A stretch of DNA of 63,819 nt, filler included, from Hyphochytrium catenoides (GCA_900088475.1; 12 parts of 12 records of this genome joined end to end with filler, not necessarily neighbours in it); one strand, 5' to 3'. Positions 1 to 11,881 are shown, counted from the first letter of the whole stretch. Program-made: numbers and translations. The notes: generated by a model from the sequence alone, not told the origin.

Positions 1-54
1 CCCTAACCCGCTCCCTAACCCGCTCCCTAACCCGCTCCCTAACCCTAACCCGCT
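1..54 (-). repeat. Left telomere, distal near-perfect 12-nt repeat (CCCTAACCCGCT)n
   Basis: Window begins with three perfect CCCTAACCCGCT units (1-36), a lone CCCTAA (37-42), then another unit. C-rich strand is at the 5' end, as expected for a left chromosome end. Confidence 0.9.
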
Positions 55-1295
55 TCCCTAACCCGCTGCCCTAACCCGCTGCCCCTAACACTCTGCCTAA
101 CCCGCTGCCCTAACACCCTGCCCCTAACACCCTGCCCTAACCCGCTGCCCTAACACCCTGCGTAATATGCTGCCCTAAACCGCTACCCTAAACCGCTGCC
201 CTAACCCGCTGCCCTAAACCGCTGCCCTTAACCGTTGCCCCTAACCTTTGCCCTACCGCTGCCCTAATCCGCTGCCCTAAACCGCTGCCCTAAACCCCTG
301 CTCTACCCTGCTGCCACTGCTTCCCTTATCCGCTGCCCTTACCCTCTGCCCTAACCCACTGCCCTACCCACTGCCCTAAACCGCTGCACTAACCCACTGC
401 CCTAAACCGCTACCGCCACTGCCCTCATCCGCTACCCTTACCCGCTGCCCTAAACCGCTGCTTTAACCTGCTGCCACCGCTGCCCTCATCCGCTGCCCTT
501 ACCCTCTGCTCACCCGCTACCCTAATCTGCTGCCCTAGCCTGCTGACCAAATCCGCTGCCCTAACGCGATGCCTTAACCCAATGCCCTAACCCATTGCCC
601 TAACCGTAACCCTCTGCAGTTTATCTCATCCCCGCTTTCTTACTACCGTTAAGCTGTTTTCGCTGCCCTAGCCCTAACCCTGCCCTACCCGCTGTCCTAA
701 CCCCCTGCCCTATCCCGCTGCCCTAACCCGCTGCCTAACCGGCTGCCTAACGCGCTGCCCTAACCCGCTGCCCCTAACACCTGCCCTAACACCCTGCGCT
801 AATCCGCTGCCCTAAACTGCTACCCTAAACCGCTGCACTAACCCACTGCCCTAAACCGCTGCCCTAACCCGCTGCCCCTAACCTCTGCCCTAATCCGCTG
901 CCCTAAACCGCTGCCCTAAACCGCTGTTCTAACCTGCTGCCACCGCTTGCTTCCCTTATCCGCTGCCCTTACCCTCTGCCCTAACCCACTGCCCTACTCA
1001 CTGCCCTAAACCCCTGCACTAACCCACTGTCCTAAACCCCTACCGCCACTGCCCTCATCCGCTACCCTTACCCGCTGCCCTAAACCGCTGCTCTAACCTG
1101 CTGCCACCGCTGCCCTCATCCGCTGCCCTTACCCTCTGCTCTAACCCGCTGCCCTAATCTGCTGCCCTAACCTGCTGACCAAATCCGCTGCCCTAACGCG
1201 ATGCCTTAACCCAATGCCCTAACCCATTGCCCTAACCGTAACCCTCTGCCGTTTATCTCATCGCTGCTTTCTTTCTACGGTTAAGCTGTTTTCCT
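55..1295 (-). repeat. Degenerate telomere-variant repeats (consensus 13-mer CCCTAACCCGCTG) with a ~632-bp higher-order duplication
   Basis: Tandem variants CCCTAAACCGCTG, CCCTAACCCACTG and CCCTTACCCTCTG. The diagnostic block ...CTAACGCGATGCCTTAACCCAATG...GTTAAGCTGTTTT occurs twice, 632 bp apart. Confidence 0.9.
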
Positions 1296-2219
1296 ATTCC
1301 ACAGCGGTTGCCGTTTAGCTAACCGGCATCGCTTTTATAAGCCCACGCTATACCAAAGCCCTCCTCCCCCGGCTGTAACCTTCGACCATATCCCCGCTGC
1401 CATAGTCCGCTCCCGTGACCAACATCCATAACCTCCTGTCATAACCCTAATGCCCTCTATATCATACCCTTGGTCACTTAACTCGTTTGCTCTTGTTCTA
1501 CATGCTTCTTACTCCTAATCCAGTACTCACAATTTTCGGTCTCCTCGCTCCTACTTCCGCGCTTTGCTTCAGTATGCTTAATCTCGCGAACTGCGTGTTC
1601 TGTATGAATCCTTGCTGGTGCTCTCTCTTCCTTGCTCTTCCTGTTTCTTACTCGCCTGGTTAGCCATTGCTCACCCATTCTCTTTCCTAGCCTTGAATGC
1701 TCTTCAGATCGCCGCTACATACCTACTACCCCTACTCGAAGATCTCCCTTCGTCACTTCTGTATCCCTTCCCCCGAGCTCTGTCCTCTGTACAATTCTTC
1801 TTGGTGCTCTTTGCCTCGTTCGCTAATAATCTTCATCACCTTCTTGTATCCCTGTAATCAAATGCATTTCCATTATCTTCCTTCTCTAACATATTACTCT
1901 TTGTTGATTACTCCTACTTACCCGCCTAACCCTCTAAACTGCTCCCTTTCGGGACAAGTTCTCGTCCGCGTGAATTTTTTGCTCCTGCCTAGATGCTTAT
2001 CACTCCTTTTCTAGCATTTTACACTTGTCACTTATTGCTACTTCCCTTCCCCTGCTTCGCTCTGCTTATTCTCACCAATTTCGTCCTTTGTACCACCCCT
2101 TTTCTGATATGCTCCCTCTCCCTTGCTCTTCTTCTATTTCTCTTTTTCTTCCACATCGGAACTGCACTTCTCATTCCCTTTCTTAATCCTTTTAGTCATT
2201 AACGTCCGTCGGGTTGACT

Positions 2220-3230
2220 CTTTTGCTCATATATATAGGCTTCTCACTCTTTCTCCGATATCTCACCTTCTTGTCGTTCACCCCACTTCCCGGTGCCTGC
2301 TTCACTCTGCACGTTCTCGCAAAATCCATCATGTGCGCCATTCTTTCTAATATTCTTGTTAGGGCTAGTCCCTTGATGTTCGTCTTTATCTCTCTTTCCT
2401 ATAGCTAGCATCTTCTGCTCTCAGACTCGGTTTCCTAACCTCTAAAATTCACCTTTGGTTATTTTCCGTCCGTTTGACTCATTTGCTCCTGTCGTAGACG
2501 CTTAATTTTCAGATTTTACTTTGTTTTTTCCTCTCATTGACTGTTTTGCTCTGCTTTACATGCCTTTCACTACCCGTACTTGTGTCACCTTGTTGTCCCT
2601 CACTCCTACTTGTATCTATGCCGCAGGCAAAGAAAAAGGCGGCAGTAGAGGAATATCAGCGAGGCCGACGCATATAACATGTTCCGGGCTTTGGTTTAGT
2701 AAGGGAGAAAGATGACAGACCCCTTTCTTTCGTTGTTCCTTCTTCTACTCTGGGAAAAAAATGTATACTCATGCATCCCCTGCCTCTCTTCGCTTTCTGT
2801 GTAACGTCCTTCCCAAGGGACAAGCGTCACGCACCTGGGCCGAAGATGACTGGAGGAAGAAGAGAGGGCAGATGGAGTGTCGCCCTACAGAAAGAAATAT
2901 ACGAATTTGGAGGGAGAAAAAAAGGAAAAAGAGAGGAGGGGGCTGCATCGTCAATTGGTTCTCTCTCTCTACTAACGCGATTTTCTTTATTTGCTAGAAC
3001 TAGAACTCGTGATTCTCTGCACCCTCACACAATTTTATAAGCGATAGAGAGACAAGAGAGGAAAGACGTCAAGGAGCAGCACCCGAAAGAGCTAGAAAAT
3101 AGAGAAATAGAAAGGAAGAGAGAGGACATCCCAGCAATTCCTGAGGGTATCGTTAGAATCAAGTCACTACCGATTAGGGTTACTCATCCCTTACGCGTCT
3201 GTTTTTCTGCCTGCAGAAGGTTCGTATATG
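2220..3230 (+). repeat. Subtelomeric element, left copy (homologous to the reverse complement of 61140-62050)
   Basis: Colinear anchors shared with the right end, e.g. CAGGCAAAGAAAA, CTCTCTTCGCTTTCT, GATAGAGAGACAAGAGAG(G)AAAGAC, GGTATC(G/C)TTAGAA and a TATATA...GATATCTC segment. Confidence 0.7.
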
Positions 3231-3856
3231 CAAGAGCGTCCTTCTCTGTGTTGGCTCTCCCCTAATCTAGTCTCTAAATCTGTCCATCAGATTCTTTCTC
3301 GAACCTCTTCATTGTCAAAAAAAAAACATAGTCGGAAGAAGAACATGACTATATACGATGGAGATTGTAAAATGAGCTAAAGAGTTGTGCCAATTCAGAA
3401 GTGAAGGGGACTGAGGGATGCTAGAACTTTAGCACTAAGATACATTACACAGAACAAAGAAAGGGTGATGTAGGAAAGCCGCTGCAAGAGACAAAGTGAG
3501 ATAAGGGGGCATGTGGAGGTTGAGTATCACTTTGGGAGGTGGGAGCGATAGAAAAGGAGCCAGATTAGATAAGAATGCCAGACTATATGAGAAGGATGCT
3601 ACTGCAGATCGCGCTAACAGACACACAAGGGGAGCCATGCAGAGAGAGGAGCGGGTACGTAAACTGAAGATCTCCCAAACAAATGTAAGAAGAAAATAGA
3701 GTGATTGTCCACGAGGACAAAACAAAAAAAGGTAGAGAATGAGAGACTGAAGGAATGGAGGGACGGGCTGGAGACGCTTGAGCAGGAATAGGAAAATGAA
3801 CAGCGGTCAAGAAGGTGAGGCAGTCCCCTAATCATTGAGAATATATATAGGGGGAG

Positions 3857-4050
3857 CGAGTGAAAGAGGAAAAAGAGAAAGCAGCAAGAGTGATGCAGGG
3901 GAGAGGCCAGATAAAGCGACAGAAAGGAAACGGTGACAAATAGAAGTTAGTGAAGCGACGAGTGAAAGAGGAAAAAGAGAAAACAGAAAGAGTGATGGAG
4001 AGAGAGGCCAAATAAAGCTACAGAAAGGAAGCGGCGACAGAAGTTAGTGA
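3857..4050 (+). repeat. ~100-bp tandem duplication
   Basis: CGAGTGAAAGAGGAAAAAGAGAAA...AGAAGTTAGTGAA occurs twice in tandem with scattered substitutions. Confidence 0.85.
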
Positions 4051-4335
4051 ACCTATCTAAACGGTGATCGTAGCTACAAGGAAAGAAGGAAGGGATAGAA
4101 TAGGCTAAGTAAGGGCAGAAAGCCTGCCCGGAAAGAAAGGGAGAGGTAGGGTTGTTTTAGCCCCTAAGAGAAGAGAGGACACAAACAGAAGGTTATTAGG
4201 AGACCAGGATCGGGCACTCTCCAGTCCGATCGCATCCTATAGCTAAGTACTTTCCAGAATTAGTACCAGCGACGACTACTTGCAAGGTAGAATTCTTCGC
4301 TGGACTCAAAATTGAGGAACTCTTTCCAGGCCAGG

Positions 4336-4529
4336 TGGTTGAATATCTTGGGGGGATATTAGGTTTTCCTGGAGCGGTTAGAGGATGGGGCTGACCTCGG
4401 GCCTCAGTCTCAGATTTGCTCGGTCAGCCACCATCAGCCTCTGCCGCCTGCCCAGACTTTGACACAGCGGCAACGGAGAGGGGAGGCACAGCTGACTGCA
4501 CCTATTCGGCGCAGCAGGAACAGTCAACG
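4336..4529 (-). mobile_element. Short (~190 bp) LTR-like repeat, copy 1, preceded by a polypurine tract
   Basis: Closely matches 15049-15246. On the minus strand it reads GGAAAGGGAGGGGGGG-CGTTGACTG...ATTCAACCA, i.e. a PPT plus decayed TGTTGA...TCAACA termini. Confidence 0.6.
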
Positions 4530-7500
4530 CCCCCCCTCCCTTTCCTCGCTGCGCCCCACGTACATTAGAAGAGAGAGTACGAAACTATTTTGTAGTCGTG
4601 GCGGTAAGGAGTACCCAGTTCTTGTTAGTAAGCTTAGTCTTTGTGATTTAGTCGTAGAGTTATGACAGGTCGGCGATTAGTAACGGGCCAAGAGCCTCCT
4701 TCCGCTTGACCCAGCTAGGCGGCAAGGAGAGCTCCCAGGCTAGAAGAAAGGTGTTATATATGTGTATCTCACTGGACGCTCGACTATAGTATGCTGAGTT
4801 ACGAGGAGCTGGCACATCTATCTCTTGGCACGCGCCCTACTACAAGCAGCTGAACAGGAGAAGAAGGAGCTCAAGCAGGAAGGCATCCTATCTCTGCCTC
4901 CTTGTCCCTTCTGGTTTTCCCTTTTCCTCGCCAAAGTTGCATTTTCCTTCTCCCCTTTTCTTTATAGAATCCGCTCCACGGACGGCGGTCGGTCCAGTAA
5001 ACATGACTTCTTGGCGATAAGCTTTGTTGAAAAATAAATGTCCTTGTCATCACCTCCACTTATTTTCAACCGCGAAGCGTTTTGTCTGGGCCGGGGCCGG
5101 CACACTGAAATGGCGACATAGCTAAACCTGCTTACTCTCTTCTTACATGTGATATGGACCTTTGCTTTCCTCGATTAAGATAGCATCTGTGTTTTATTTT
5201 CGAACCAAAACTGCACTAGTATCTGCGACTACGTCTCCTCTCTATGGTGCAAACTTTCATTGTCTCCCGCCTATCGACCTCCATGTTCCCGTCACGTTCT
5301 CACTATGTCTTCTATCCCTTCACCTCCTTCTTCCTCCCTTCCTCCTCTCTCTTTTCCTGCTTGTCGGCCTCTTCCCTTTCTTCATTCCTCAATTCATTCA
5401 CTCTGCCAGGAAGCATGATGTATGCGCCTTGCTTGGGTAACAATGGAGACACAGGGCCTTTACCTCGTCTGTTCTTCCTTATACCGTTGCACTCTCTCTC
5501 TCGCTTCGACTTCTTTCTCCGTCCCTCCGAAAAAGTCAACGTGCCAAGCGGCAATGGACGGGGATTAAGATGACGAGAGAATGAAGGGGAGAAAGGTCCG
5601 GTACTTCTTTATCAAAAGAAAACGAACAGAAAGGGAGAGAGAGAGTCCATCATCAAGTTCTTTCCTCTTTTTGAATTGTTCTTTCGCTTTGCGGTTTCTG
5701 CAGCCAACGAATATCAATGTTTCGGCATTGCCTTTCATTATCTTATAGGGGACAAGTAGCTAAAGACCCCCTTAGTTGGGGAACAGACGCTAACCGATTC
5801 CTGATAAGCTGCTGCCCAGTGGAACGTGGGGAGAAAGACCCCCAAAGCAGCAGTGAAGAGCAACGCAGGTTGGCGACGAGAACAACGTTAAAGGAACCAT
5901 TGCGTCGGGATAAGGAAGAGCAAAATAAACGGGACCAAACCCACTTCTTCTTTGGCTTGAGCCCTCAGCGTCGTCAGCGCTACTCCTGCAGAGTTCATAT
6001 GAAGCGTGACAGCCAAGGATTGCCGTGTCTTGTCAAAAACAGACGCAATCTCAGTTTCCATAACCGGTCTCGGTTGCGTCTCAGCATAATCAACAGTCAG
6101 GAGTGTCAAAGATGTAACAGCGTCCTGCCTGTGGTCATGAGAATTGCCAAGAATCGCCAACCAGCTCTGAATGCACTCTTCGACGACGCCCTGTGACGCT
6201 ACTAACACCTCGTCCTCCGTGTAGCACAGTGTGTGTACCATCCTCGTATAGCTGCTCACCAACTCGTCGTGCAGATCCTGCCCATTCTCTGCTTCAAAGG
6301 GAGAAAGCTCAGGGGTGCTCAGATCACTGCCAATAGTTGTCTCTCGGCAGAGTAGGCCAAACAACCCTCCCAGCAACCATCTTTTAGAACCTGTGAGTGC
6401 GTGTGGGTCCCTTGGTCATTCTTTTTGCAGGCCTCACAGATGTCAGCGCCTCGCACTCAAGGCAACAAGAGTATTCTCTTCCGGGGATGGATGTCATGCC
6501 GCAGCCCTGCAAGCCACAGAGTGTATTCCACGCTGGCTGATCAGGTCCTTTATATAAGCTCGTCGGCTCCAGTTGTACTGAAGACTTAGTTCTAAATATG
6601 CCACAGCTGCCGCGTTGCAGATGATGGACCCACAGGCGGATTACGGGGAGGCTTACGCCTTGTCATTTTAACGTTGACTACCTCTGGAGGAGAGGGCGTA
6701 GCAGCATCACTGAAGGGTTCCCCCTCCGAACTTTTTGGCTCCTCGCCAACCGCCTCAGGGTTAGGGTTAGGGACCGGCATAAGTTTCCTCATCCCCAAGT
6801 CAGGAGACCAAGGACACAGACCCCTTACCCTATTAGAGACAATAATAAAATAACTAACCGCCAACCTGTGGACACCCGGGATCTTCCGATGGCATTAAAG
6901 CGTTCTCGGAAGTAACCTAGTGTGTGCAATGAACGACGGAATCTGCAGACTGATTTCTGAACATCCCGCAGAGTCCTCCCGATATCGGCCGACAGTAGTA
7001 GCACCTGTTCGCAAAGTAGAAGCCGCAGTAGGATTCAATGCGGAGTCCATTTTAGGGCCCAGGACAGCAGTTGGCCTTGGGAAAGCCTCCGACACAGCTA
7101 GGAATGGGGCCACAGAAATATCTAATACTCTACTACTGATACGGGTAGCTGCTGCCCAGGACCGAGGGCATTCTGCCCTTGCTTCGAAGGAGATTCATTC
7201 CCCGAAAGCCCCTCGTGGGATGCGGTTGTTAGTGGCGCTGCAATGCTGACTTCAATCGGATGGTTCGATGGTGCTAATTCTGTTCTCTGGTGGGAATCGG
7301 GTACGAGATAGGTGATGATCGAATATACGGCGCAAGGGGCTACACACTCGGTTTACCTTGGCGGTGAATTGAAAGGCGCGGTCGCATCTGCCGTTAAAAG
7401 AAGATACGTGTCACTTGAAGCCTTGTAAACAGCGTGATGAACAGCGTCTATGCAATCCCCGACACTCAAGCCCCGTCTCAAGGAGCTGCTCAGCCCGTTA

Positions 7501-8806
7501 GCAGCAGCACTGCAGAAATCCACGCATTGGTTTCTTGAGCCAGGTTTCCGCGTTCAGAGATTGGCGACAAATGAAATCCTCTGCTACCAAACTCAAGTTT
7601 GGACTTTCTTAATGTGAAAGTTGACGAGTGAAAGACGATGGAGATTCTCTGACGGCGGCGGGGTCTATTTAGGTCTTCTTTGCCTAGGGGATGGTTATGA
7701 TGCTTGTGGCTCTTTTCCATTACTTCCGCTTTCTGAAGCTCTTCCCAAGACTGGACCGAAGAAGAAGTCAAACAGCAAGTCCGATACGGTGAAATGATGA
7801 CTGAAAGCGGAAGTCTGGGGCTAAATGGCACTCATTTCGCCGCACCACACCCAAACTGATGGACGGACCGAATGAAGCAGTCGCACTTTGGAGCGTGGAG
7901 CACATGCTCGGGGTCATGTCAATAATAACATGGACATTGGGATGAACGATGAACAACAACAGCTGTTTTGTCATTAACAAAGCTAACTCACAGCTCGACA
8001 GAACCCTTCTTCTCTAAAAACTTGACACAGAACAGTAGCACGACGAGTACCACTGGAAGTCTATTGCACCCCAACGGACGGCGCTGACAGCCTTTAGAAA
8101 GTTTCACACGCGACTTTTCGGATGTACCCTAAAACGTCCGTGCGCGGGACAACTTACTACGTAGCTCAACAGGACCAGGCTACTCACTCACCAACAACAA
8201 GCGCCGCAGAATAGAGAGGTCTCCCCACCAGCCACCGACTTGGTATTGCTGAAAACCACGGCACTACTGACGTCCCATTAGAAATGGCCAGGGTCCAAAA
8301 TAGATAAAGAGGACCTTCTGTCCGTAGGCCTGTCACAGTGATAAATTGTGTTATCTCCTCTACGGCATATCGGGTCTCCTTCTCCCAAATCTACCGGCGC
8401 TCGCTTTCAGCCTTCTTCCATGTCTCTCTAAAATAGTCCCTCTCACCACCCAAGGACCATCAACAAGACCCTCCGACCACGCCGCCACTAACTGAGTGAA
8501 ATGAGGGTCATGATGAAGGGAGTATGAAGCTGAAAGCATCCTACCAGATATCGTATGATGATCAGAGGCCATCGACACATCTAGTATTGTTTTGTCTTGG
8601 GAGCCAAAGGGCATGCAACCACATGCTGATAATGTGTTAGTTGTAGGTGGCTTTTAGGCACAGCCTTGCAACCTGCTGCACCTCAGGACAGAAGGAGGAG
8701 GAGTCTGGGTACATAGCAAGGGAAACAGTTTAAGCAAACACTCCCTTTTTGAGTACTTTAATGCGTTACTACTAGTAGCTGGTTCAGTTTATCATGCTTT
8801 AATCAA

Positions 8807-10339
8807 TTATGCGTCAAAAGATCTGCTGGAAGATTGTCGAGACAATGCCGAATTACTCAAAAGGAGTGCAGTCCAGTCCTCTGGGTCTCTAATATTACTC
8901 GTTGGTATGACGTCTTCTATGCCGGCGGGACGTTGGACTGCTGCTGATTGGGGTGGAGATGGCGGCCTTAGTTGACTTCTTTGTGCTGCCCTGGCGTTCC
9001 AGACTTCTGCATTCCATGAGCCAATGGAGACAGGAAGAACGTCGCGGACTGGCCAAGTGTCTGGCAAGCTATCTTGGAGCGCTGCTGGCAAAGAATGTGA
9101 GAAGAAGGAAGATCGTAGAGGAAGCGCGCGTTCTAGTCCTGCACCCGCAGCAGATCTGAGTACAGAGCCACCACGAAGTAGCGGAGAAGAGGACAAAAGA
9201 GGCTGCGTAGAAGTAGCGAGAACAGGAGCTGAGAGTTCGTGAGTAGGAAGAGCGTCTTCGGGCAAGACTCCAGAACCCCAAGAGTCAAGCGGGACACCAG
9301 GCGCTCTATCACCAGCACCAATAAGAGCAGAGGCAACAGAGGACGAGGGAGAGGAGAGGAAGGAAGGCCATTGCTGCTCCCTATTATATACACCATTTGC
9401 AAAGGGCGACTGCATCCGAGAAAGGCGTGAGCTCGCACCAATGACAGCAGGAGGACGAGCTGCATGTGCTGCATGGGGTTCAGCGTGCTGGGTAAGTTGC
9501 GCTGCAAGTAATTGAGCGTAACTCCGACCATTGAGCGACGACACCTGTTGGGAGTCCGATTGCTCCAAAGACTGGACGGGAACATCATCGGAAACCGATG
9601 AAAAAGAAGATGAGCCTTCATTTGGAGTAGCAGAGGTCAAAGAAGACGAAGAAAGAGGCCGCCGACGCCGTCCAGCACTGCGACGGCGGTTCGCGCCTCC
9701 TGTTCTGGCCAAAGGTAGTGTAGATCCTCTATGAGAGTTGTTGTGGTCGTTGTTCCCTCCCAAAGGTCTGTTCGGTCTTGCTCCACTGTCATGTCCATGA
9801 TGGCGGGTTACTAAGGCACTTTTCCCGCTCGAAGAAAAGGGAAGTCTCCGTCGATGGTGATGGTGTTCTCTGGCAGTATACTTTGGAAGCGGCTCACGGG
9901 CAGTAGTATAATGCGAGGAAAGGTCCTCCTCTGCTCCTTGGGAGGTTCGTCCTTCCTCCACCAGTAGTAGTAGTGCTTTCTCATTGACCTTGGTATCGAA
10001 AGATGGTAATTGCCCACTGTCGTCGGTTTGGTGGTGGCCTTTGGGACCAAGGAGCAGCAGGTGAGAAGACCATGATGGCCCGGAGTCACTCTTACCCCCA
10101 GGACGAGGAGAAGACAAGGGGAAGGGATTAGCATCTTCGAGAGGCGCCGCCAGTAAAGAGGAAGGAGGAGACTGAGGAGAAGGCGAGCTAGACCTAGCAA
10201 CCACCATTACAGTGAAGACGAGATTGGAGCTGCTCAAAATGAGCAGCCAGCATAGTAGATTAGAGATGAAGCGTCTTGATCTCTGGCTGAACGAAATCAA
10301 GGAGGAGGACGAAATCTGTCCTTCATTTCTTGTCAGCAT
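8807..10339 (-). CDS. Hypothetical intronless Ser/Pro/His-rich, probably disordered protein (510 aa)
   Basis: Long stop-free ORF from ATG to TAA with non-microsatellite composition. One hydrophobic stretch near the N-terminus; no recognisable domain. Confidence 0.5.
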   Translation of the reverse strand: MLTRNEGQISSSSLISFSQRSRRFISNLLCWLLILSSSNLVFTVMVVARSSSPSPQSPPSSLLAAPLEDANPFPLSSPRPGGKSDSGPSWSSHLLLLGPKGHHQTDDSGQLPSFDTKVNEKALLLLVEEGRTSQGAEEDLSSHYTTAREPLPKYTAREHHHHRRRLPFSSSGKSALVTRHHGHDSGARPNRPLGGNNDHNNSHRGSTLPLARTGGANRRRSAGRRRRPLSSSSLTSATPNEGSSSFSSVSDDVPVQSLEQSDSQQVSSLNGRSYAQLLAAQLTQHAEPHAAHAARPPAVIGASSRLSRMQSPFANGVYNREQQWPSFLSSPSSSVASALIGAGDRAPGVPLDSWGSGVLPEDALPTHELSAPVLATSTQPLLSSSPLLRGGSVLRSAAGAGLERALPLRSSFFSHSLPAALQDSLPDTWPVRDVLPVSIGSWNAEVWNARAAQRSQLRPPSPPQSAAVQRPAGIEDVIPTSNIRDPEDWTALLLSNSALSRQSSSRSFDA

Positions 10340-10914
10340 GACTTAACGCTAGGGTTAGTCTTTTTGGCCTAACCGAATACAAACAACCAATCTTGTTGGG
10401 GTTCAGATGTCCCGTGATGAGGGCAGCAGAAAATGAGTTCTGATGGTGCCTGTGAGCCTTGAAAGAACGTTTGTGTGATTGAGCAAGTTACTTCGTACTT
10501 GCTAGTCGAATGTGTTGTCCACCTTCATATCCTGTTAGCCGTCGCATCGTCACTTACTAAGTTAGGGTTAATATGGCAAGGAGATGCAAAAGGGAGGAGG
10601 AAAGGGAAGGAAGAAAGAAAAGGAAAGAAGGAAGCAGGAGGGAAGGAAGCAGATCGGGAAATAGTAGAAGAGATTCTTAGTAGAGGAGGTAAACACCATG
10701 CAACATCATCATCACAGGCCTTGTACCACCACTACTATGATACAAGACTGCATTCCCTCCTATTGACCGCCACCCCAAAGTGAGAATCTTTGTAAAAGCA
10801 GAAAAGAAAACCAGCGAGGGCCAGACGAAGAAGGCGGTGGAAGAGATCAAGATGCAACGCAACCGAAAGAGAAGACCGAACGTGTGGTTGTCATAAACAA
10901 AGCAACAAAGGATA

Positions 10915-10977
10915 GGGGAAAAAAGAGAGAGAAAAGGAGAGAGAAAGGAAGAGAGAGAGAGAGAGAGAAAGAGAGAA

Positions 10978-11030
<53 letters not shown>

Positions 11031-11085
11031 AAAGATGGAGGAGACAAAGGCAGAGAGAGGGGGCGAGGACAAGAGAGAGAGAAGA
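10915..11085. repeat. (GA)n microsatellite
   Basis: Long imperfect GA dinucleotide run. It generates the spurious SLSL/RERE ORFs in the track. Confidence 0.9.
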
Positions 11086-11881
11086 TAGGGAAAATTTGAA
11101 AATGTACAGAGAAAAAAGGGCAGCGTAGTAAGCCTTCTCCTCCTTCGTAGAGATTATTAGCGCAATCAATAGAACTAAATCCAGTTGACCAGACAACAGT
11201 CCATCCTTTTGAAGGTTCAACTGTATATAAAAGAATATCTAGCAGAAGTAATAACAAGGGAGAGTTGGAGGACGTTCTGGTAAAGACGGGTTTTTCGGCT
11301 GTTCTATGTTTTTCCCTGTGGAATGACCGAACGAGACGGTGAACGAAGTTCATAGAATTATTTGTAACTTAGGCTCCGTACTTATCACTAGAACTAGTCG
11401 ACGGTGGAAAATTCTTCTTCCTTTCTCGCATCTGTGGAAAGGAAGATAGACAAATTTCCCGCTTTCTCCATGACCCTGCAGCCGCTTCCTGTCATTTATC
11501 GCGGGTCATAGGTCTCTCTGCTGCTTCCTTTCTCTTCTTTTTTTTTCCGTCTGGCATACAGTAGTTCTACTACCGTTGTAGTTGTTTGTCTTGTTCTCGC
11601 TCTTCTTTTCGGGGTGCAAGTTACTACTGTTCATCTCTTATGAAGGAAAATAAAAAAATCTTCATCCTGGCTTGTTTTATAAAGTTCTCTTGACCAAATC
11701 TGCTCTAAGAAGAACAAGAGGAGGACGAAGGAGGAGGTGAAGAGGAAGAGAAGAATTTTTTTGTTCTTCAACAGTAGTCTACTAGTCACCAACTCGTGAT
11801 AATAGTAGAGGCTACTGCAATTTCTCATACAATTTCAGGGAAACCACAAACAAAAAAAAAACCTCCCTAATATCCTGGCGA

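Noticed and set aside
1-1295. CRISPR-like or coding repeat array
   Set aside because: There are no unique spacers or cas genes. The context is eukaryotic and the repeats are terminal, with telomeric polarity.
6757-6772. Internal AGGGTTAGGGTTAGGG
   Set aside because: Under three units and lacking the AGCGGG half, so it is too short to interpret.
5717-8614. Multi-exon gene on the minus strand (162-aa ORF at 5888-6376 and neighbours)
   Set aside because: Some exon-like segments exist, but I could not assemble a stop-free spliced model or recognise a domain; it may be a pseudogene.
10677-11353. Many overlapping SLSLSL/RERERE ORFs here and across 31.8-58.7 kb
   Set aside because: They are translations of GA/CT microsatellites that lack stop codons by composition.
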